DNA of 62,997 bases, filler included, from Choristocarpus tenellus KU-1152 (Eukaryota > Protista > Phaeophyceae), in the NCBI GenBank assembly GCA_964200185.2. It is 14 parts of 14 records of this genome, joined end to end, with 100 filler letters (N's around TTAATTAATTAA, not from the genome) between each part and the next. Parts side by side here need not be neighbours in the genome. Positions count along the whole stretch, not along the records: positions 51,119 to 53,841 come from CAXNAD020025297.1; positions 53,942 to 58,305 come from CAXNAD020014901.1; positions 58,406 to 62,997 come from CAXNAD020013873.1; 11 more parts are not named here. One strand, written 5' to 3'. The translations under genes were made by a program, and so were the position numbers. Below are positions 53,793-62,997 of this stretch, piece after piece. How positions within the stretch are numbered: position 1 is the stretch's first letter; every line of letters begins with the position of its first letter. Under the pieces are notes generated by a model that made no database searches, was not told the origin of the DNA, and worked only from the letters and a program-made list of their open reading frames with translations.

Positions 53793-54543
53793 TTCCCCCC
53801 CTTCCCTTTCGCGTGGCCCCCCCCCTCCCCCCCCCCCCCCANNNNNNNNNNNNNNNNNNNNNNNNNNNNNNNNNNNNNNNNNNNNTTAATTAATTAANNN
53901 NNNNNNNNNNNNNNNNNNNNNNNNNNNNNNNNNNNNNNNNNGTGATTCTCTTCACCACCCTTGCCTGAGTGAACCACGCCGCCACAGAATCAGACGATTC
54001 ATGTAAGACAACATACCATAATGTATTTCATTTTGCACAAACACTCTAATGAAGGCATATATAACTTGAAAGCGTCCTACCTGTAGGAAGTATACCTCAA
54101 AGATCTGCTCCTTTACATCACACCAACATTTAATTGGTTCCTGATTACTTTAATATCGGGTTATTCGAGTGAGCTTACAAGCCCCCTTCATTTACTTTCA
54201 ATTCTTTCCTGAGTGACCTTGTGAGGGTTGCCTACCCTCCTGCCATCTCTCTCTTCTTCTGTTACTCCAGCATGTCTTCAGTGTCCCCTTCAGTGTGAAG
54301 AACATGTTCGCTAATTTCCACCTCTTTCACAACTTTCACAACATGTTCCAAGAATTTTATATTAACATACACCCTCTTCACATTTTGTAGATGTGTTAAG
54401 GAAAAACCAAAACTACTTTTAAGGACTACTAACATATTAATATTAGTACTATAAACACGATAGTTGTTAGTGTTAAGACACCTATCTTTAGAAAAATACT
54501 ATTATTTGAAAAACTAACAATACGTCTCTATCAAATATTAATA

Positions 54544-56244
54544 CCACCTCTGCGCCATAAGTTTGTGCCGCGAAACATATGCGCTCGCCGAGCGAGAACG
54601 GCGCCGAATCGGACGATAACCACACAGAATGAAATCAGGTTGACAATCTCAGCTTTCAGAAAAGGTGGGGGTCGAAGATCATCAGGTACAAACTCGAGGT
54701 GTTTCAAGCCATCAATGTAGCGGTATTTTGGGGTGATTTTGAGGCCAGAACTGGGCACGTCGAGGGTCAGAACGTAAGCATGACAACCCCCCTGCCAACC
54801 CTCCTGCGTAGGAAGGTTGCCCAAGTGTCCTTGAATACCAAGGTTGCGCTTGCACTGGGCACACCCTCGCGATGGTCCCTGGTGAGCATAAACTGCCGCG
54901 ACACATTGGGCCGACCTTGCAGCAGAGTTTGAAGTGTCCAAGCGTTACTTGTGAGGGCTCTGGGAGGACGTCGCCGATCAGCTCACCCGTGGCCACACGC
55001 TTGACCTAGGGGTGGCGGCTCATAGTGGGGGGCCTTCGGAGCTCACACCAACCAAGATGGCTGCAATACATAGTATCAACTCCAATAATCAGTCATCCAC
55101 AGTGTGTTGGGTGACAATGAAGATGGCCTCCAAGGGGCTGAATTATACCACGAGCACCATAAACAGGTGGCTGGATGATATGGGGGCCATGCCGAATCGC
55201 CGCTGGATCAAACCCAGGCTTAAATCGCGGTAAGGTATGGTATGGAGAATGGACTTTGTTTGCGATCAAGTGGACCGGAAACGTGGTGTGTACGCCTCCA
55301 TGGCGAACACAATCCATGTGGCTGTAACCTGGTTTTACATGATGGCTGGTGGGTAAAGGGTTAGGGTGTTTCTGCATGAGGATGATAGCGACCTTCCAGG
55401 GTCCCCTACTGTGCAGCACAAGAGTCATATCCCCCAAGCCATGATCATTGCAGCCAACACCCGCCCAGATTCAGCTCACAGCTTTGATGGAAAGCTAGGT
55501 GTTTGGCGTGTGTGTGTGCCAAAAACGGCAGACAGGACAAGCAAGAACCATAAAGAGGGGGATGTGTATGAAGCAGGACTGTACTTTAGACCATTTGTGG
55601 TACATGAAGTGGTACACGGAGGAGTTACTGCCTGCAATCGAGACCAGATGCCTTGGTTGCAAAGGGAGCACGTTGTCGTTCAGCAAGACAGTGCAACCCC
55701 CCACACGGGCAAGAAGGGCAACTCAGAAATCTAGTCAGGGGCAGGGAAGACTGAGGGGTGGTCCATTAGGCTTGTGCCTCAGCTATCTAACTCCCCCGAC
55801 CTCAATATCATTGACCTGTGCTCCTTCAGGGTATTTGAAATGCTGGGTGATTGGGGAGCGGTTTGGGTCTGTTGAGGAGATGGTGAAGGCCATTAAGAAG
55901 CAGTATGAGGAGTATGATGAAACCATACTTGAGAGGGTTTGGCAGCTCCTTTTTGTGGTGTATAATCAAGTACTTAGATGCAATGGGGGGAATGACTTCA
56001 GTGTGGAGCACACAGGGGTAAGGAAGAGGCAGCTGTCTGGTGAGCTTGAAAACACACCGAAGCTAGACATGGAGGTTTTTTCTGTGGCTGATACCATTGT
56101 GATGGATGGGGAGTAACAACAATAAAAAGAACTGACCCTAACCAGAAATTCTTCAAGGATTCCAAATCTTCTGTCAGAAATGAATTTCATCAAGATGTTC
56201 AAAAGTTATGGACAACGCGGCACAGACTTATGGCACAGAGGTAG
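54544..56244 (+). mobile_element. Full-length degenerate plant-type mariner transposon with TA TSD
   Basis: 29-bp TIRs CCACCTCTGCGCCATAAGTTTGTGCCGCG / CTACCTCTGTGCCATAAGTCTGTGCCGCG, both flanked by TA; VQHKSHIPQAM, QQDSATPH, NSPDLNIIDL. Confidence 0.92.
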
Positions 56245-56789
56245 TACATATTTATGCCCACTGACAGTTTGCAGCTATTGTCATAAAGGAAATAGAAAAG
56301 AAGAAGGTGAAAGAATCTCATGCGTATTGCTGTGTTGAATATTGTCTCTTCCTGACTTCCTTTTTGATCATGAATTTGGGGCTTCTCAGATTGACGTGAA
56401 GAAAATTATAGTAATACTATTCTTAAAATATATCAATAGTTATGCAAAGCAATAGTTGACTAGGCCTGTGAAAGCAATGGTGTACATCAACTAAAAAGTG
56501 GAGAACTTCCTTCAATTTTCCTTTTTCAGATTTTGCACCTTTATGAGTGGTAATGGCAAGCAGTAAGACAAAGGGACATTAATACAACAACGAATCACGC
56601 TTTATTCTTCACAATTATCTAACTTTAACACTACAGGTGAGGCTGATGAATGTCAGAAGAGACTGAGACATGGGGTGGGGATGACAGTGGAGGTGCAAAT
56701 AATTTATTTCCTCCGTACTCTGTTTTAGCAACTGATACCCCTATTTCTTGCCTGCCTTGGAGGTGAAAGCTAAAAAGAGTGGGACATAC

Positions 56790-57353
56790 TGTGCTGGGTG
56801 AAAGTCAAGTTCTTCAGTGCTACGTATGTTCGTTTGAACACAAGGCCTGCCTGCGGTGCAGAGAGGTATTAGATATTTCCTCGACTGAATGATGTTTGCA
56901 CTAGTATACTCCAACTTTCTCCATGAACAACTGACTGGACAAGATCGCATACTCCGGAGTACATTAGAAGGAGGGATAATAATTCATCTCTGATTAATGA
57001 GTATAAAATATAGTAGAAGTATGCATTATCATAGCACCTACTACTGATGAATTAATATTTATGTTATCGTTGTTTCTGTTACTATTATTGGTCTGGAGTG
57101 CATTATGTTAATATTGTAAGGAGTTAATAGAATATTATTATTCACATTTTAGTCTGAGGGATCCTAGACCTGTGCGGTTGAAAGGCAGTCGGAAGAAGGC
57201 AATACAGCACACTCGAGGAATACAAATACTGCCAAAGAAAATATGACAAAACGGTGGAAGAAGAATAAAGAGGAGAAATAAACTACCTAGTATATCAACT
57301 AGGGTAATGAAGAAAACCCAGCAGGAGCGTTGCTGTAACCCGTCTGTTGAAGC
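56790..57353 (-). CDS. Possible chain of three short exons of a membrane protein
   Basis: AG/GT-bounded segments join in phase 1: WVFFITLVDILVFVFLECCIAFFRLPFNRTGLVFKRTYVALKNL; no family recognised. Confidence 0.3.
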
Positions 57354-57595
57354 TGAAAAATATCAATCATCACATGTTATGCAGACAAAACAAAGGGAAG
57401 GGAAAAAAAAGGGATGCAAGAAAATTCAACCCCAACAGAGTACACAATGAGAAAGCATTCAGCAAAGAGAGGTGGTGATGGTGATGGTGGTGGTGGTTGC
57501 TTGGCCAGCCTTATCTGCTGATTGTTGCATGACGCACACCAGACATCACAACTTCCTTGGAATGATATTCTCTTGTGAAGGTTGCGGTGCTATCA

Positions 57596-57862
57596 GAGCC
57601 AAAGCAGAGGGTAGGAGTTTTCCCCTATTTTTCCGTTCGGGGCTTGGCTTTTTTATGCCCCTTTTCGGTTTTCTGTGTGAACACAGTTTCCTAAAATGTG
57701 TAGGACTATGAAAGGTGTGTTAGGAAAAAGGAGTTTGACAACGAAATTGACACTTCCTAACAAACACGATAGCCACAATCCATCAAAATATCCATCAAAA
57801 TCGCAACATTGGATATTGAACCCCAAACGGACGTGACCCTAAGCTCTTAAATGCTTTGACTC
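57596..57862 (-). mobile_element. Divergent MITE family A member, TSD ATCA
   Basis: GAGCCAAAG...CTTTGACTC ends, 4-bp TSD, partial internal similarity. Confidence 0.8.
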
Positions 57863-58405
57863 ATCAACCACAGACTCGTATCAACTCTGTTCGTTGTTTG
57901 AGCTTGTTGTGCTCCATCCCTCATTCGCGATCCCAAAAAACTTCTCTAAGTAGTCTTTCTACCTATTCTTCTCCTGTTCACCTTCCTTTGGTTTTCCGTC
58001 TGTAACCTCCCCAAACAACACCTTTAACAGATATACTCGAGTATATAATATGGATGAGAAAAACAAGATATTGACCCAAAGTATGTGTAGGGAGGGGGGT
58101 CTACGCCAGGGTCTCCATTTGGACCAAAACCAGGGAAAGTGCACCTGCATTATCCATCCGGCGTATGCAACCAAATCACCCAGAAATCGGGACATGAAAA
58201 AATTGAACCGAAATGGACAGCCGCCACCCCCCCCCCCCAGCAACTTCCACCCCTCTCACACCATCCAACCGCCCAACGCCCCCCCCCAACTCCAACACCC
58301 ACAGANNNNNNNNNNNNNNNNNNNNNNNNNNNNNNNNNNNNNNNNNNNNTTAATTAATTAANNNNNNNNNNNNNNNNNNNNNNNNNNNNNNNNNNNNNNN
58401 NNNNN

Positions 58406-59965
58406 CCTTTATAACCGTGTACACACCACCTGTCAGCGGTGGTAGAGTATCTGGGAGGGTGGGGGGGGTCTACACAAGGGGTCCATTTCGGTTAAAATCC
58501 GGAAAAGTACATTTACAGTAACCATCCGACGTATGCAACCAAATCACCCAAAAATCGTGATATGAAAAAAATGACCCCAAATGGACAGCCGCCACCCCCT
58601 CACAGATACTTTGAGCCGTGACACCAACATTTTCAGATTCGATGCCCTGTATTTATTTGCGTTTCCAACTGTGTACTCACCTGCTTCAGATGGCGGTGTC
58701 ACAAACATTTCCAGATTCGATGCCCTGTATTTATTTGCGTTTCCAACCGTGTACTCACCAGCTTCAGATGGCAGTGTCTCAAACACTTTCAGATTCGATG
58801 CCCTGTATTTATTTGCGTTTCCAACGGTGTACACGCTACCTGTCAATGCCGGTAACACCAGCATGTTCGAATTCAGTACCCTGTATTTGTTACCTTTATA
58901 CCCGTATACACACCACCTGTTAATGCTGGTAACACCAGCATTTTCAGATTCGATGCCCTGTAATTATTTGCGTTTCCGACCGTGTACACACCACCTGTCA
59001 GCAGTGGTAATACCAACATTTTCAGATTCGATGCCTGTATTTATTTGCGTTCCCAACGGTGTACACACCACCTGCCAGCAGTGGTAATACCAACATTTTC
59101 AGATTCGATGCCTGTATTTATTTGCGTTCCCAACGGTGTACACACCACCTGCCAGCAGTGGTAACACCAGCATTTTCAAATTCAGTACCCTGTATTTGTT
59201 ACCTTTATACCCGTATACACACTACCTGTTAATGCTGGTAACACCAGCATTTTCAGATTTAGTACCCTGTATATGTTACCTTTACAACCGTGTACATACC
59301 ACCTGTCAATGGTGGTAATACCAGCATTTTCAGATTCGATGCCCTGTATTTATTTGCGTTTCCAACCATGTACACACAACCTGTCAGCAGTGGTAATACC
59401 AACATCTTCAGATTCGATGCCCTGTATTTGTTATCTTTACAACCGTGTACATACCACTTGTTAATGCTGGTAACACCAGCATTTTCAGATTCAGTACCCT
59501 GTATTTGTTACCTTTACAACCGTGTACATACACACCACCTGTCAGCAGTGGTAATACCAACATCTTCAGATTCGATGCCCTCTATTTCTTTGCGTTTCCA
59601 ATCGTGTACACACCACCTGTCAGCAGTGGTAACACCACCATTTCAAATTCAATACCCTGTATTTGTTTCCTTTATAACCGTGTACTCACCAGCTTCAGAT
59701 GGTGGTAATACCAACATCTTCAGATTCGATGCACTGTAATTATTTGCGTTTCCTACCGTGTACGCATCACCTGTCAGCAGTGGCAGTACCAACATCTTCA
59801 GATTCGATGCCCTGTATTTATTTGCGTTTCCAACCTTGTACACACCACCTGTCAGCAGTGGTAACACCAGCATTTCAAATTCACTACCCTGTATTTGTTA
59901 CCTTTATAACCGTGTACACACCACCTGTCAGCAGTGGTAACACCAGCATTTTTAGATTCGATGCT
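58406..59965. repeat. 77-78-bp tandem array (about 18 units) interrupted by a family B MITE
   Basis: Anchor CAGATTC or variant recurs from 58634 to 59953 at 77/78-bp spacing (one 81). Confidence 0.95.
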
Positions 59966-61620
59966 CTATGTTAGAGGGCACGAGTGTTTCGCTGGTTGTC
60001 CTTTGGGGCTTGGCTGCCCACGAGTTTTCAAGGACATTGTACTTACTCCAAAATGGTCTGGGAACATCTACGACCATATTGTGAGGCGAAGAGAGAACCG
60101 CGTCCATGCCGATCCTACCCCAACCCCGAAGGACAAGCCTTCCAAGAAGGGCAAAGGAAAGGGGAAAAGGACACTAATTAGGAAGAAGAGGGTGAGAGAA
60201 GGCTCTGAAGGCTATGGGGACTGACCCAATTGTGACACTTTGTCAGGTCCAGAGGAACTTGTACAGGAGGACGTGGGTGGGCATTCAGGCACGGACGCAA
60301 AGTCCACACCAGTCGGGAGTGAACCCGGAATGTACCCAAAGAGCAAAAGTATCCTAGAGGGTAGAGCCATGTCCGTTTGGGACCTAAAATCCGATGTCGA
60401 AATTTCGATGTAATTTTTCCCATCATGTTTGTTAGGAAGTGTCAATATCCATGTTATGGACACACATTTTCATCACATACACATTCTACCTAATCCAAAA
60501 CATTTTGGAGTAGGCAAATGTCATTAAAAAAAACATGGGAAGCCAACTCCTAAATGGACAAACAGGGCAGAACTTGTACCCTCTAAGATACTTTCACTCA
60601 AACGCCCATTCGATGGGCAGCGGCGACGACGAGCCACAAGTGCCAGGAAACACCTACGACCATAGTGTGAGGTGAAGTGAGAACCGTGTCCATGCCGATC
60701 CTACCCCAACCCCGAGGGACAATCCTTCCAAGAAGGGCAAAGGAAAGGGGAAAAGGACGCTAATTAGGAAGAAGAGGGTGAGAAAAGGTGCTGGACGGAT
60801 GAGACCCTTCAAACAGCCTCATGGTCCTAATGGCAGTGCTTTAGAACCTGGCTTCTTCGCAGACGTCTTCGCTTCTGCCAAAATGGGCAGATACGCAGTA
60901 AATCCATGTTCATCTACATTGAGATACGACGATGACAACAAAAGGTATCTCATGGTGATGAGGATTGCTTCACACAGGACGCGGCCAACTCCAGCGATGC
61001 ATCTGATGTGGGGATCACCAAAGCCTTCATGGAGGCGTGCGTTACCGAGCTCCTACGATTGGCAACGAAACCTGCTTCTTCACAGTATCAAGTGCAGACT
61101 CAAATCCTCACCCAAGTCATATACGACCATGGGTTCAGGATCATCAAGGCCGGTAAAGGGGCCATTTCTCTTGTTTTGGGGGATGAATGCTACGTCCACG
61201 AGCCCACACAGGTTAAACTTGGCGATTGTGAAGGGGAGCCAGGCAACACGTTGCATCCCGAGCATGTCGAAGTACTCCAGGCGAGGAAGGCTATCTTCTT
61301 GAGCCTCGTGAAGCCCGAACCTTGGAACGCCAGGTACTCCACACGCCTAAATCTATGGCACCTTGTTGTCAAGGCATACCCTAAGCTCACAGAGAGGTGG
61401 GAGAAGGGTGACGAATGCAATTTCGAGTCTGCCCACCAATTGAAATAGGGCTTCAGTCGTTTCGATTTTTTGTTGAAGTACGGGAAGAGTTGCAGGTTGT
61501 GGTGATTTATGCATCAGTGTACCTTGCCTTGGTGTCCGACTACCATGTTCATGCACTTTCCATTCCATGAGTTACGCATTTAGATAGCGGTATCGGATAC
61601 ATTGCTACCAGTCAGAGTCG
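59966..61620 (+). pseudogene. Degenerate coding region, possibly a DNA-transposon transposase remnant
   Basis: Overlapping protein-like frames (60778-61302, 61008-61448), internal duplication, MITE insertion. Confidence 0.35.
60341..60599 (+). mobile_element. MITE family A, TSD AAA
   Basis: TIRs; 3-bp duplication. Confidence 0.9.
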
Positions 61621-62256
61621 TCAGCGTATCATACTCACGTTGAGGATTAGATCTGTGCCATTATTTGTTTAAAAGAGCATGTCGGCTACAAGGTTAGACA
61701 ACTAAAATATAATACATCAATCAAACAACTCTTCTCCATCTGCTCAGCTAACCTTTCCAAACAATTCGCCAGGGCCTGCGATGGATACCCTGTCCTTCTC
61801 AAGGCCGCTATTTATTCCTTGAACACTATAACGCACCTCCCCCTTCTGCGCAATACCCCATGCACCATGAGATGCTTTATCCAAGTGTCGGCAAACTAGA
61901 TTCGATCTCGTTCTCCTTCGAATCTTGGAGGATCATATACCGAAGTCCACGCACAATGCTCCTAAGCACAGCACCAACCCAGGACCTCGGGAAGTGTACC
62001 TTGAACTACTTTCAGAGAAAACGTACGACAATAGACCTTGACCAATAACCACTCGTATACATCTCCAGATTCCGTCCACACCTTACATGGGAGATATTAT
62101 ACACTAACCCGAAAACAAAACCTGACCCTTTTCCCTTACTTCGTACAAATAACTTCAACCCTAACATCCTCAGCGACAACCACGTCTTATTACATACTAA
62201 ATCCAACACATGCACGCAAATAAACAAATTATTACATTTAAGCTGTACATGATATA

Positions 62257-62512
62257 GAGTGAAAGTATCTTAGAGGGTACGAGTTTTTCCCTGTTTGTCC
62301 CTTTGGTGCTTGGCTTCCCACGGGTTTTTTTATGACATTTTCCTACTCCAAAATGTTTAGGAGTAGGTAAAATGTATACGTTATCCAAAGGTATGTCTGG
62401 AACAAGGATATTGACTCTTACTAACAAACATCATAACCAAAATTACATCAAAATCACAACATTGGATTTTGACCCCGAAATGGACACCACTATACACTCG
62501 ATACTTTGGCTC
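62257..62512 (-). mobile_element. MITE family A, TSD TATA/CATA
   Basis: TIRs; flanks match at 3 of 4. Confidence 0.88.
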
Positions 62513-62997
62513 CATATGTTTTGGTTCCTCGTGCACACAACGGGAGAACAGGCCCAAACTGACAGTCCTCTTAGTGTACACACCAGACACGAGTCATGCA
62601 AGCAAATAAATGAAAAAAAAAAATCGCAACAGCCCTTATTCTTTTTTTTTAATTCATCCAACAGTGGGAAAACACACCCTAACCGACAGCCCTCTTTATA
62701 TGCTAAACAAATCCCACTCATACAGCCAAACAAACGAATATCCAGCCCTGGAACAACCTAACTCATATCTCTTATTCTCCATCGTAACTGCATGACCAAC
62801 ATACATAAACCAATAAACCTGTTTGAACAGACTCGAAATCCGACACATGCAAACGTCGAAACTCCTAACCAAACCCAAATAAATGGTGGCATATATTCCC
62901 ATTCCTCTTGCGTACACAAGGACAGAAAGGAACCCAACCAACAGTGACCCAAAGTACCTGGGAGGGGGGAGCGAGTCTACACCAGGGTGTCCATTTG

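Larger units (their letters stand above)
2576..58405. other. 13 artificial contig linkers (N44-TTAATTAATTAA-N44): 2576-2675, 7016-7115, 9885-9984, 12814-12913, 17177-17276, 23530-23629, 29216-29315, 33399-33498, 38346-38445, 42912-43011, 51019-51118, 53842-53941, 58306-58405; also a 10-N gap at 36090-36099
   Basis: Identical 100-nt spacers with a six-frame stop cassette; flanks unrelated across each. Confidence 0.98.

Noticed and set aside
53742-53841. Formin-like poly-proline on the plus strand
   Set aside because: Low-quality poly-C at a contig end; the long open frame is on the minus strand
58406-59965. CRISPR-like array
   Set aside because: Whole units repeat with no unique spacers; eukaryotic context; no cas genes

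Overview
Eukaryotic, intron-rich, transposon-dense DNA. It is not one locus: 13 artificial 100-nt linkers (N44-TTAATTAATTAA-N44) join 14 short contigs, so adjacency across a linker means nothing. Gene style and element types suggest a stramenopile, possibly a brown alga or relative (inference only). Host genes supported by phase-consistent splicing: a TrmA/RlmD-family uracil-5 methyltransferase (5 exons, minus), a CYRI/FAM49-family gene (2 exons, minus), a coiled-coil gene (3 exons, plus), and weaker exon fragments. Most of the rest is decayed mobile DNA: several Ty1/copia and Ty3/gypsy remnants, solo LTRs, two plant-type mariner elements, Tc1-like and MULE-like remnants, 13 copies of a ~260-bp GAG...CTC MITE plus related families, and a 77-78-bp tandem array. 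The most interesting item is a repeated cassette: a spliced ParB/Sulfiredoxin-like gene (DGNHR motif) lies head-to-head with a Sola-like transposase exon, separated by an AT-rich tandem array containing long palindromes. A second copy of the ParB-like exon and array sits between long inverted repeats. All family assignments come from motif recognition by eye; no searches were run.
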